Position numbers and translations under genes: made by a program. Under the pieces are notes generated by a model. That model was not told the DNA's origin and ran no database searches. It was given only the letters and a program-made list of their open reading frames with translations. A stretch of 64,000 nucleotides of DNA from an uncultured Eubacteriales bacterium (GTDB lineage: Bacteria > Bacillota > Clostridia > Oscillospirales > Acutalibacteraceae). Location: positions 25,241-89,240 of the forward strand of contig CAKTFN010000007.1 of the NCBI GenBank assembly GCA_934561055.1, in the 5' to 3' direction. The first letter of the stretch is position 1; every line of letters begins with the position of its first letter. Positions 18,269-27,228 of this stretch are shown piece after piece.

Positions 18269-19030
18269 ATGTCTCATATTAATGTTATTTCTCACAGAGG
18301 CGCAAATATTTATGCACCGCAAAACACAATTCCTGCGTTCAAAAAGTCGCTCGAAATCGGTATTGACGGTTTTGAAACGGATATACACATCACAAAGGAC
18401 GGAGAGCTTGTTCTTTGCCATAATTACACCATCGACAGCACCTCTGACGGGAAGGGAAGCATTTCTCAAATGACTCTTTCCGAGCTGAAAAAGTATGACT
18501 TCGGCTCATATTTCAGCCCGCGTTTTGCCGGAACAAGAATTCCGACGATGGACGAATTTCTTTCTCTCGTTGAAACATCGGACATTTCCGTTCTTAACAT
18601 TGAGCTCAAAAGCCCGAAAGAAAACGAAACCGCAATCGTCAGCGAAACGATCCGCCTCGTCAAAGAACACGGACTTTTTGAAAAACTTCTCATTTCAAGT
18701 TTTGACCCGAAGCTTCTCGTTGAAGCAAAACAGATTGACGAAACCTGCAAAACCGGCTTTTTATACAGCGTGAACAGAAAGACCGCAATCCCGATGCTTC
18801 GCCGTTCGGTTGAGGTTGCAAAAGAGCTTTGCGTTGACGCCCTTCATCCGCAGAACGTTTTTGTCAACGAAAAATATGTTTACGAGGCTCACGAAGCCGG
18901 CCTCATTGTCAACACATGGACGGTCAACTCGGTCAGAGACATTGAAAAAATGATTCGCTGCGGCGTTGACGGAATCATTACCAACTATCCGGATGTTACA
19001 AAAGGCGTGATTGAAAAGCACAGCTTTTAA
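18269..19030 (+). CDS. glycerophosphodiester phosphodiesterase
   Basis: GDPD motifs ISHRGANIYAPQNT and FETDIHITKDGELVLCHN. RBS GAGAGGAG precedes the ATG at 18269. Confidence 0.9.
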   Translation: MSHINVISHRGANIYAPQNTIPAFKKSLEIGIDGFETDIHITKDGELVLCHNYTIDSTSDGKGSISQMTLSELKKYDFGSYFSPRFAGTRIPTMDEFLSLVETSDISVLNIELKSPKENETAIVSETIRLVKEHGLFEKLLISSFDPKLLVEAKQIDETCKTGFLYSVNRKTAIPMLRRSVEVAKELCVDALHPQNVFVNEKYVYEAHEAGLIVNTWTVNSVRDIEKMIRCGVDGIITNYPDVTKGVIEKHSF

Positions 19031-19041
19031 TCTTCAAAAGG

Positions 19042-19101
19042 AAAGCTATAATTCTCAAGCGGCAACAAAAGTCGCACGGGAATTATAGCTTTTTTAATTT
19101 T
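19042..19101. terminator. bidirectional terminator (GDPD gene / thiamine diphosphokinase gene)
   Basis: 13-bp stem AAAGCTATAATTC / GAATTATAGCTTT followed by TTTTAATTTTT. Confidence 0.6.
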
Positions 19102-19126
19102 TCCGTTTTTCTGTTTCAAGCGGTTT

Positions 19127-19744
19127 TCAAACGTTCTTTTCCTTAATTATCATCAGCACGCCGTCGGAAACCGAAATTTCTCCGCCCTCGCCCGTCAGCT
19201 CGTTGCTGACTCCGAGCGGAAAGGACGAGGTCAGGACGGCATTTTCAAGCGTATATTTAAATCCCCGTTCAAAAACGCCCTTCGACTCGTCCGAAAGCGA
19301 AAAGACCGAAACCGTTCCCCTTTCGCCCTTGGGAAAAGAAAAGGAGGAATTTTTGATTGCCGTCACGGTTTCTCTCTCCGAAACGAGAGTGCAGCTTATG
19401 TTTTTTTCGCAAAGGTATTTCAAAAGCTGAAGGTTTGCGAACGTATGATCGAGCCGTCCGCCGAGAGCACCGAAAATCATGAAATTTCCATACCCTCTTT
19501 CCATTCCGCAGGTGAGGGCAAGAAAAGTATCCGTTTCGTCCTTTTCGGCCGGGTGAACATCAATGTTTTCAAGTTCCGGAATCCGTCCGAGGGAATCAAA
19601 GTCTCCGACAACAAGGTCCGGAGTGATTTCGCATTCAAGCGCCTTCAGATAACCTGCGTCGGCACAGATCACATAATCGTTTTTTCCTTTTTCAATTTCT
19701 ATTTTTCCGCTTTCTCCGGCGGCAATAATATAACAAGTTTTCAT
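19127..19744 (-). CDS. thiN: thiamine diphosphokinase
   Basis: TPK motifs VVGDFDS, EKDETD and GALGGRLDH. The ATG is at 19744 (MKTCYIIAAGE). Confidence 0.85.
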   Translation of the reverse strand: MKTCYIIAAGESGKIEIEKGKNDYVICADAGYLKALECEITPDLVVGDFDSLGRIPELENIDVHPAEKDETDTFLALTCGMERGYGNFMIFGALGGRLDHTFANLQLLKYLCEKNISCTLVSERETVTAIKNSSFSFPKGERGTVSVFSLSDESKGVFERGFKYTLENAVLTSSFPLGVSNELTGEGGEISVSDGVLMIIKEKNV

Positions 19745-19868
19745 TTTCTCACCCGATGGAATATTTTTTCGATAGGAGTATAACACAAAATCTTTTTCTT
19801 TTCAACCGCTTGATTTCATATCCGGCGAAAGACGTTTCATATGTATATTCCTGAAAGGGTGAAAAAAT

Positions 19869-21482
19869 ATGAATGAACTTTTTGCCGTAACCGAAAAAAT
19901 AAGCTCCGCCGTTTGGGGAACACCGACACTGATTCTTATCATCTCGGTCGGAATTTATTACACGGTGAGATTGCGCTTTTTTCAAATTTCAAGACTTCCG
20001 CTCTGGCTTTCAAAAACGTTTTTTGCGCTCTTCAAAGAAAAAGGAACAAGAAAAAACGGAGAAAAGAACTCCTTTTCTCAGCTTCAGGCAGCGGCAACTT
20101 CACTCGCCGCAACCGTCGGAACGGGAAACATTGCCGGGGTCGGAACTGCAATTTCCGCCGGCGGTCCGGGTGCCGCTTTTTGGATGTGGTTTTGCTCGGT
20201 TTTTTCAATGATGACGAGCTATGCCGAAAATTCGCTCGGAATCCTTTACCGGAAGAAAGGCGACAACGGCGAGTGGCTCGGCGGCCCGATGTATTATCTG
20301 AAAGACGGACTTGCGAAAAAAATCGGTTCTCCGCTCGCATTTTTGTTTTCGTTTTTCACTCTCTTTGCCTCCTTCGGAATCGGAAACATGACGCAGTCAA
20401 ACTCAATTTCAATCTCGCTTCATTCTTCGCTCGGAGTTTCAAAGGCCGCTGTCGGAATTGTCCTTTCGGCAATCACCCTTTTTGTGATTCTCGGCGGCTC
20501 TTCAAGAATCGGTGCGCTGACGGAAAAGCTCGTTCCGTTCATGGCGCTGTTTTACATCGGAGCGTCGTTTTTTATTATTCTTTTCAATTTTTCAAAGCTC
20601 GGGAGCGTTTTTTCCGAGATATTCAAAAACGCATTTTCCTTTGAAGCGGCCGTCGGAGGAATTTCGGGCGCCGCAATCAAAAAGGCAATTTCGGTCGGTT
20701 TCAGGCGCGGCGTTTTTTCAAACGAAGCCGGACTCGGTTCAACCGTTATGGTCGGCTCTTCTTCAAGCGTTACCGAACCTGCGGTTCAGGGAATGTGGGG
20801 AATTTTTCAGGTCTTTGCCGATACTCTCGTGATCTGTTCGGTCACGGCATTCGTTTTGCTTTGCGTTTCGGTGAATACCGTTCCGCTGAACAACGCTATA
20901 AACGCAAAAGGCGGCGAAACCGAACTTGTTTCTCTTTCTTCGCCCGAGAGCGGCGGCGAGGTTCGCCTTTGCGGAACAAAAGAAAACCGCCTTTTTTCCG
21001 TTGAAAACGGCGAAATCAAAAAAAGCGGCGAAACAACCTTCGTCAACGTCGTTTATCTGAAAAAAAGCGGAAACGAAATTTCGGTTGAAAAAGTTGAAGG
21101 CTCCTCGCTCGTTTCGCTCGCCTTTTTCTCGGTGTTCGGAAAATGGGCAGACATTATTCTTTCCGTTTGCGTAACGCTTTTCGCCTTTTCAACGATTATC
21201 GGCTGGTCGTTTTACGGGGAAAAAAGCATCGGCTTTCTGTTCGGGGGCAAAGGAAAAACGATTTATAGAATTTTCTTTTCCCTGTTGACGTTCCTCGGGG
21301 CGGTCACAAAGCTTGACATCGTTTGGAACATTTCGGACGTTTTCAACGGCCTTATGGCGATACCGAACCTCATCGGGGTGATTTTCCTTTCAAAAGACGT
21401 TTTAAAAATTACCGAAAACTATCTTCAAAGGAGAAAAGGAAAAGCGGTTTCTCCCCTTTTGAACATTCATGACATGTATTGA
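19869..21482 (+). CDS. alanine/glycine:cation symporter (AGCS) family protein
   Basis: AGCS pattern LAATVGTGNIAGV, GGPGAAFWMW and FAFSTIIGWSFYGEK. At 537 aa it is longer than I expect for the family. Confidence 0.85.
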   Translation: MNELFAVTEKISSAVWGTPTLILIISVGIYYTVRLRFFQISRLPLWLSKTFFALFKEKGTRKNGEKNSFSQLQAAATSLAATVGTGNIAGVGTAISAGGPGAAFWMWFCSVFSMMTSYAENSLGILYRKKGDNGEWLGGPMYYLKDGLAKKIGSPLAFLFSFFTLFASFGIGNMTQSNSISISLHSSLGVSKAAVGIVLSAITLFVILGGSSRIGALTEKLVPFMALFYIGASFFIILFNFSKLGSVFSEIFKNAFSFEAAVGGISGAAIKKAISVGFRRGVFSNEAGLGSTVMVGSSSSVTEPAVQGMWGIFQVFADTLVICSVTAFVLLCVSVNTVPLNNAINAKGGETELVSLSSPESGGEVRLCGTKENRLFSVENGEIKKSGETTFVNVVYLKKSGNEISVEKVEGSSLVSLAFFSVFGKWADIILSVCVTLFAFSTIIGWSFYGEKSIGFLFGGKGKTIYRIFFSLLTFLGAVTKLDIVWNISDVFNGLMAIPNLIGVIFLSKDVLKITENYLQRRKGKAVSPLLNIHDMY

Positions 21483-21540
21483 TTTTTAAACGTTTCGGTG
21501 GTATACTGTTTGAAACAAATCAAAAGGAAAGAAGCAAAAA

Positions 21541-21897
21541 ATGAACATTCAGATATTCGGCACCGCAAAGTGCTTCGACACTAAAAAAGCGCAAAGGTAC
21601 TTCAAAGAAAGAGGAATTAAATTTCAATTTGTTGACCTTTCAAAATTCGGCATGAGTAAAGGCGAACTCAAAAGCGTTCGTGCCGCAACAGGCGGAAAAC
21701 TTGAAAACCTCATCAACGAAAAATCAAAAAAATATGACTCGTCTTTCATAAAATATCTTGCGACAGACGAAGCGAAAGAAGAAAAGCTCCTTGAAAACGG
21801 CGAGCTTTTCAAAACACCGATCGTCAGAAACGGAAAAAAAGCAACAATCGGATATTGTCCGGACATCTGGAAACAATGGGAAGCGGAGGAAAAATAA
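21541..21897 (+). CDS. ArsC/Spx family protein
   Basis: MNIQIFGTAKCFDTKKAQRYFKERGIKFQFVDL has a thioredoxin-like ArsC-family N-terminus with a single conserved Cys. Confidence 0.75.
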   Translation: MNIQIFGTAKCFDTKKAQRYFKERGIKFQFVDLSKFGMSKGELKSVRAATGGKLENLINEKSKKYDSSFIKYLATDEAKEEKLLENGELFKTPIVRNGKKATIGYCPDIWKQWEAEEK

Positions 21898-21899
21898 AA

Positions 21900-22112
21900 A
21901 TGGTCACTCAGGAACAAATCAACAGAATCAACGAGCTTTCAAAAAAATCAAAAGCCGAAGGCCTCACCGAAGACGAAAAGGCCGAACAGCAAAATCTTCG
22001 CCGCCTTTACATCGACTCTTTCAAGGAAAGTCTTGTTTCCCAGCTTGAAAACACATATTATATTGACGACAGCGGTCACAAAAAGAAAGCAACGAGAAAG
22101 CCGAAAAAGTGA
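21900..22112 (+). CDS. DUF896 (UPF0291, YnzC-like) family protein
   Basis: Short helical protein MVTQEQINRINELSKKSKAEGLTEDEKAEQQNLRRLYIDSF. RBS GGAGGAAAAA lies inside the end of the previous gene. Confidence 0.7.
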   Translation: MVTQEQINRINELSKKSKAEGLTEDEKAEQQNLRRLYIDSFKESLVSQLENTYYIDDSGHKKKATRKPKK

Positions 22113-22123
22113 ATGCAAAACCA

Positions 22124-22167
22124 AAAGCCGAAAACGGAAGGTTCAGCCCGTTTTCGGCTTTTTTTAT
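22124..22167. terminator. bidirectional terminator
   Basis: 14-bp stem AAAGCCGAAAACGG / CCGTTTTCGGCTTT followed by TTTTTT. Confidence 0.8.
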
Positions 22168-22790
22168 TTATGCGGAACGGTTTCCGTTCTGATTTTTGTT
22201 GTCTCGTCAAAAACCGGTCTGCTTTCGGGCTTTTCGGTTTCTTCAATCTTTTTGAGCCATGTATTATATATTATTACTTCAAACGCAACATCATTTGAAA
22301 GCGAAAAAACATAATATTCATCGGCTTTGACTTTTCGTTCTCCGTTTTTTAAAAAAGTTTCTTCCTTCCCGATTCCGAGTTCGAGAAGAACGCTCTTTGC
22401 TTTTTCTTCATTGAAGCCGGAAAAAGCCATGAGAGCATTTTTCGCTTCGTTTGAAAATTGCGCCGCATCTTTCGGCGAAAACTCTTTCTTTCCGTGCTCG
22501 TCCTTCTTTGCAATTATTATTCTGCACTCCGAAAGCTTTTTCTTTTCATTTTCAAAGAGCTTTGTAAGAATCTTTTTTTCGCTTTCATCGTTTGAAGGAA
22601 AAGAAAAGCAGTAAACGGTTTTTCCGTCCCTCTCCTCCCCGACAACCTGTGAAAAATCGAGCTTTCTGCCGCCCGAAGAGTTATAGCGGTCAACGAAAGA
22701 GCCGAAGTCTGCGGTCTCGCTTTCGCCGCAAGCGGAAAAAAACGTAAGAATCATCGCAAGTAAAAAAAACGTTTTTAAAAATCGCTTCAT
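22164..22790 (-). CDS. hypothetical lipoprotein
   Basis: Signal peptide plus lipobox (LTFFSAC). I recognise no family. The ATG at 22790 follows GAGGTG. Confidence 0.6.
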   Translation of the reverse strand: MKRFLKTFFLLAMILTFFSACGESETADFGSFVDRYNSSGGRKLDFSQVVGEERDGKTVYCFSFPSNDESEKKILTKLFENEKKKLSECRIIIAKKDEHGKKEFSPKDAAQFSNEAKNALMAFSGFNEEKAKSVLLELGIGKEETFLKNGERKVKADEYYVFSLSNDVAFEVIIYNTWLKKIEETEKPESRPVFDETTKIRTETVPHK

Positions 22791-22837
22791 CAAAGTCACC
22801 TCGCCGGATAATTACTATTCGGACGCCGCATTTTTTA

Positions 22838-22880
22838 GAACAAAAAACGATAAGGCAGCCACCGAAGTGACTGCCTTATC
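22838..22880 (-). terminator. rho-independent terminator after the E2-like gene
   Basis: Minus strand reads GATAAGGCAG..CTGCCTTATC followed by GTTTTTTGTT. Confidence 0.75.
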
Positions 22881-22926
22881 GCAAGAAAAGATTTATAGAA
22901 AGGGGAGAGAGGATGTCGAAAATTAA

Positions 22927-23883
22927 TTATGCAACGACGGTGAAAATGTCTTTTTCGTCGCCGTCTGCGAGCCATGAACGGATGACGGAGGGGTTTTCAA
23001 AAATTTCGTCAAGGCGTTTCATGAAGGGAACAATTTCACCGAAGTCAAGGGCTCTGTGGTCAAACGCAATGCAAATCGGAAGAACGCTTCTTGCTTCAAT
23101 TTCCTTTTTTCCGTCACTCTTTTTGACAACAACGGGTTTGTCAAGAACAGCGCCGACCGAAAGAGCGCAAACCTGAGGCGGAACAATTTCAAGCAATGCG
23201 GTTGCGCCGCGCTGAGCAAGATAAGTTGAGCCGATGTTTGAAACGGTTACCGTTCCCTGCTCAAGGTCTTTGATTGTAAGACGTTCGGTTTCCGGAATGC
23301 TCTCATATTCACGCTTTTTCTTTCCGCGGAAATGAGTGATTTTACATTTTCCGAAGTTTGCTCCGTAAAGTCTTCCGATGGTCTGGAAGATTCTTCCTTT
23401 TTTGAGGTTCTTCATTGTGTTGTCGAAAGAAACGGAATACATCGCTTCGGTGAGATTTGTTTTTTCTGCACGGCAGCGGATATCGTTGATATAAGCCGTC
23501 ATTTCATCAAGATTCTTGTTTCCGAAATCACGAAGATTGATTGTCATCATTTTTCCGTTCGGAAGAATCGTGGGCATCGATATGTTAATTTCCGAGAAAG
23601 TATCAATTCTTCCGCGGACAAGCTTTTTGTCAAATTCAATGTGAGAATTCATAATCGGAGCAGCTTTGAGTCCCTCCGAAATAACTTTAAGCATAAGAGT
23701 GTTGAAGGTGATTTTTTCGTCACCGGTGCGGCTTTTGCCGAGTTTTTTGAACTCTTTGAAGAAAGCCGTGACGTCCGGCTCATACATATAAGTAACGTGA
23801 GGAATATTCTGCCAAGACTCTGTCGTTATATTGGCAACAATTTTTCTCTGGATTCCGAAATATTCAGTGTTTGTAACAGTCAT
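22927..23883 (-). CDS. 2-oxoacid dehydrogenase E2-type acyltransferase, catalytic domain only (no lipoyl or subunit-binding domains)
   Basis: Carries the C-terminal catalytic signature ICIAFDHRALDFGE..F...L. Only about 318 aa. The second ATG (23883) has proper spacing from AAGGAG. Confidence 0.75.
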   Translation of the reverse strand: MTVTNTEYFGIQRKIVANITTESWQNIPHVTYMYEPDVTAFFKEFKKLGKSRTGDEKITFNTLMLKVISEGLKAAPIMNSHIEFDKKLVRGRIDTFSEINISMPTILPNGKMMTINLRDFGNKNLDEMTAYINDIRCRAEKTNLTEAMYSVSFDNTMKNLKKGRIFQTIGRLYGANFGKCKITHFRGKKKREYESIPETERLTIKDLEQGTVTVSNIGSTYLAQRGATALLEIVPPQVCALSVGAVLDKPVVVKKSDGKKEIEARSVLPICIAFDHRALDFGEIVPFMKRLDEIFENPSVIRSWLADGDEKDIFTVVA

Positions 23884-24230
23884 TATTGGCATCTCCTTAC
23901 ATAGATAAATTAAAATCTTTTCTTTCGCTTAACGGTGACTTGAAATTGTTACATCGTGTGCACTTATTAACTTTGTGTAAATATTATAACACGCTTTTTC
24001 CAAAAAATCCATAGCCGATTTGTACAAATTGCAAGTATTCCGAGTTAGTTTTTGTGCAGTTTCAATAGTTTCGTGAGTCGTTGTTCACCGTTGTGCTGAT
24101 TATGCCACGTCTGCCTTAATAAAACCTTAAACCTCTTAAAAAGTTTTTGTTTTGATTAAAAAAAGGTTTTTAATGTTAAAATCTTTTCAATCCGGTTTGT
24201 GAAAAATTACAAAAGTCTATTTATTTTTCA

Positions 24231-24259
24231 TTGACCGAAAAGCAAAAATCATATATAAT
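24231..24259 (+). promoter_or_regulatory. sigma-A promoter for the TraX-family gene
   Basis: TTGACC, a 17-nt spacer, then TATAAT, about 24 nt upstream of the RBS AAAGGAGG. Confidence 0.7.
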
Positions 24260-24282
24260 ATTTTCTGCAAAGGAGGCTGTTT

Positions 24283-24999
24283 ATGAAAAAACGACTCGGC
24301 GGCGACGCAATAAAATACATTGCAATTTTCGCAATGCTTCTTGACCACATCGGCTGGACCTTTCTTTCTTTCGCCTCTCCCCTTTCTCAGATTTTTCATA
24401 CGGCCGGAAGAATTACCGCGCCGATCATGTGCTTTTTTATCGCCGAAGGATATCGCCGCACAAAAAACGTCAAAAAGTATCTTATGAGGCTTTTTATTTT
24501 TGCGCTCGTTTCTCAAATTCCGTGGTGCGTAATGCACGGTCAAAGTCTCGACACACTTTCGTTCAATATGTTTTTTACTTTGTTTTTTGCTCTGCTTGCG
24601 GTGATTGCCGAAGATAAAATCGAAAATCCGACGCTCAAAACTCTCGCCGTTTTTTCCTGCGCTGCGGCAACGGTTTTTTCGGACTGGTACGTTTTTGCGG
24701 TTCTTTGGAGCGTCTCGTTCTTCAAGTTCAAAGCCGAGCCGAAAAAACTTTTTCTTTCGTTTTCGGCGGTTTCTTTAATGTATAGCGGATATATGTTTTA
24801 TCTGAACCTCGAAGCCGGAAACGATCCGGAAAAAAGCCTTCTTTCCGTCCTTTTCACTCTCGGAACGTTTCTTTCGCTCCCGTTCATTTCTTCGTACGAC
24901 GAAACAAAAAGGCCAAATAAAAAAAGCCGCCTTGTTTTTTACCTCTTTTATCCGCTTCATATGCTGCTGCTCGGAATTGTCAAATATCTCATTCAATAA
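24283..24999 (+). CDS. TraX family membrane protein
   Basis: TraX-like start AIKYIAIFAMLLDHIGW. Polytopic membrane profile. Confidence 0.75.
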   Translation: MKKRLGGDAIKYIAIFAMLLDHIGWTFLSFASPLSQIFHTAGRITAPIMCFFIAEGYRRTKNVKKYLMRLFIFALVSQIPWCVMHGQSLDTLSFNMFFTLFFALLAVIAEDKIENPTLKTLAVFSCAAATVFSDWYVFAVLWSVSFFKFKAEPKKLFLSFSAVSLMYSGYMFYLNLEAGNDPEKSLLSVLFTLGTFLSLPFISSYDETKRPNKKSRLVFYLFYPLHMLLLGIVKYLIQ

Positions 25000-25036
25000 A
25001 AAACGCACCGAAAAAAGTCCGGTGCGTTTTTTTATT
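24998..25036. terminator. bidirectional terminator (TraX gene / MerR gene)
   Basis: AACGCACCG-AAAAAAGTC-CGGTGCGTT followed by TTTTTTATTTT. Confidence 0.75.
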
Positions 25037-25853
25037 TTATCGGTATACTGATTTCGGTCACGAACTTTTCCGTGTCGTTCGTGATTCCGTAGTCAATCAT
25101 TGTGATTTCACGAGAAAAGCCGGAAACTTCAAAACCGTTGCTTTTTATGTATTCCATAAGTTTCCGATAATGAGCCGGGGATTCACCGTGGCTTCCGCAA
25201 AAACGAATCGAGGCGCAAAGGCTTTCGGAAAGCTCGCTGACTTTTCCGTTGAACTCATCCTCATGGTCAAGAAGGAGAAAAACAACGTCATACTCGCCGA
25301 AAGCGTTTTTTGAAAGATGTTCCTTTGAAATTCCGACGCCGACTTTTCCGAGGAAAACAACGCCCTGAGCCTGCGATTGCTCAAGCTTTCTTATCGGCGT
25401 TTCCATATCGAACATATTTTCAATTTTGAGCGTACCCTCCATAATCACCGCACGGTTTGCCGGTTGCTTTGAAACTTTCACCTCGTCGAATTCCGACCGG
25501 CGTGCATCTTCAATCTGCCGAAGGCGATTGTCGATTTTCCGCTCGATCCGGCAAAGCTTTTTCTGCTTTTCAACAACCTCTTCCTTTTGTTTTCTGAGCT
25601 TTTCTTCAATCAAATCAATGTCTCTGTTTTGAAGAAAATCGGCAATCTCCGAAAGCGGCATATCGAGCGCACGAAGATATCTTATCGTATTAAGCGGTTC
25701 AAACTGACGTGTGCTGTAATATCTGTAGCCGCTTTCCGGGTCAATATATTCCGGAACAAGAAGTCCTGTCCTTTCGTAATGCCGAAGGCTGCTGACGCTG
25801 ATATTGAAAAGCTTTGCAACGTCTCCGATCCGAAAAAGTTTAGGCATATCCAT
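25032..25853 (-). CDS. MerR family transcriptional regulator with a GyrI-like effector-binding domain (BmrR-like)
   Basis: N-terminal HTH FRIGDVAKLFNISVSSLRHYERTGLL, a coiled-coil linker, then a GyrI-like C-terminal domain. The start overlaps the MATE stop. Confidence 0.85.
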   Translation of the reverse strand: MDMPKLFRIGDVAKLFNISVSSLRHYERTGLLVPEYIDPESGYRYYSTRQFEPLNTIRYLRALDMPLSEIADFLQNRDIDLIEEKLRKQKEEVVEKQKKLCRIERKIDNRLRQIEDARRSEFDEVKVSKQPANRAVIMEGTLKIENMFDMETPIRKLEQSQAQGVVFLGKVGVGISKEHLSKNAFGEYDVVFLLLDHEDEFNGKVSELSESLCASIRFCGSHGESPAHYRKLMEYIKSNGFEVSGFSREITMIDYGITNDTEKFVTEISIPIK

Positions 25854-27195
25854 TTTCGACTTTCCCCATTTTCTCCCGTTTTTCAATGACCGAAAAAGCA
25901 ATAACGCAAATGATTACCGAAACGAGCGAACCGCATGCGGTTGCAAGCCCCATCGGAAGAAGATTGTCCGCAAACATTTTTGACATGAGATACGCTCCGG
26001 GAATTCTCACGAGGACAATTGCAATAATATTATGAAGGAAGGAAATTCCCGACTTTCCGCAAGCGCAGAAATATCCGCTGAAACTGAAATGAATTCCGGC
26101 AAAGAAGCAGTCCAAAACGTAGCCGCAAAGATACTGACCTCCTGCGGAAATTACGGCATGGTCATCAATAAACAGACCGACAAGCGGTTCGGCAACAAAT
26201 TGAACGAGCAAAGACACGGTAAGCCCGAATCCGGCCGCAATCATGCAGGCATAGCCGAGGGTCTGAACCGCACGTTCCTTTTTTCCCGCTCCGATGTTCT
26301 GCGCGCCGAGTGCGGAAACCGTTGAAAGGAGCGACGACGGAACAAGGAAAAGAAAGCTGATTATTTTTTCGACAATTCCGACGGCTGTCGAGTCAGTGAG
26401 TCCCCGCTTGTTTGCGATGACGGTGATTACAATAAAAGCAATCTGAATAAGTCCGTCCTGAACGGCAATCGGAACACCGATTTTCATGATTTTTCCCATA
26501 AACGGACGTTCGGGTCTGAAGTCCGACTTTTGAACACCGATCACTTTTCGTTTGATTATTACGGCAAGCGAAACAATTACGCTGACCGCCTGAGAAAGCG
26601 TTGTTCCGAGCGCCGCACCGACGGGACCCATTTTGAAAACGCCCATGAACAAAAAGTCAAGTCCGATATTGAAAGCGCAGGCAACGGCGATGAAGCACAT
26701 CGGGCTTTTGCTGTCTCCCATACCTCTGAAAATTGCGCTGAGAACATTATAAGCCGTAATAAACGGAATTCCGATGAAGCATACGGTGAGGTAAGAAACG
26801 GTTCCTTCAACGGCCTGCTGCGGTGTTTTCATAATGTGAACAATCGGTCTTGTCAGCAAAAGAAGAACCGCCGTAAGAACGAGCGAAAGAACGGAAAACA
26901 AAACGGTTGTGTTTCCGACATCCTTTGCCGCACTTTTTTTGTCGTTCGCACCGATTGCCTGCCCGATACCGACCGTTGTTCCCATTGCAAGACCGACAAT
27001 CATAACCGTCAGCATATGCATAACCTGACTTCCGATTGAAACGGCCGTTGACTCGGCAATCGTTTCCTCGAATTTTCCGATTATGAAAAGGTCGGCCATT
27101 CCGTAAAGAGTCTGCAAAAAATACGAGAGAAGATACGGCAGAGAAAAATACAGAACATTTTTTAAAACGCTCCCTGTTGTAAGGTTCTTTTCCAT
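25840..27195 (-). CDS. MATE family efflux transporter
   Basis: MatE pattern LKNVLYFSLPYLLSYFLQTLYGMADLFIIG. 12 TM segments. RBS AGAGGGTGA precedes the ATG at 27195. Confidence 0.9.
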   Translation of the reverse strand: MEKNLTTGSVLKNVLYFSLPYLLSYFLQTLYGMADLFIIGKFEETIAESTAVSIGSQVMHMLTVMIVGLAMGTTVGIGQAIGANDKKSAAKDVGNTTVLFSVLSLVLTAVLLLLTRPIVHIMKTPQQAVEGTVSYLTVCFIGIPFITAYNVLSAIFRGMGDSKSPMCFIAVACAFNIGLDFLFMGVFKMGPVGAALGTTLSQAVSVIVSLAVIIKRKVIGVQKSDFRPERPFMGKIMKIGVPIAVQDGLIQIAFIVITVIANKRGLTDSTAVGIVEKIISFLFLVPSSLLSTVSALGAQNIGAGKKERAVQTLGYACMIAAGFGLTVSLLVQFVAEPLVGLFIDDHAVISAGGQYLCGYVLDCFFAGIHFSFSGYFCACGKSGISFLHNIIAIVLVRIPGAYLMSKMFADNLLPMGLATACGSLVSVIICVIAFSVIEKREKMGKVENGYA

Positions 27196-27228
27196 CGGAT
27201 TCACCCTCTTGAACAAAAACTTTTGTTT

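Noticed and set aside
19745-19868. A possible TPP riboswitch upstream of the thiamine diphosphokinase gene, or a glycine riboswitch upstream of the AGCS gene.
   Set aside because: The region is 124 bp, is shared by two divergent promoters, and contains none of the conserved TPP (CUGAGA, ACCUGA) or glycine-riboswitch cores.
23931-24091. The inverted repeat AACGGTGA / TCACCGTT flanking part of the AT-rich spacer, considered as a possible invertible promoter.
   Set aside because: It has only 8-9 bp of complementarity, which is about what chance predicts in 390 bp. There is no recombinase gene in the window.
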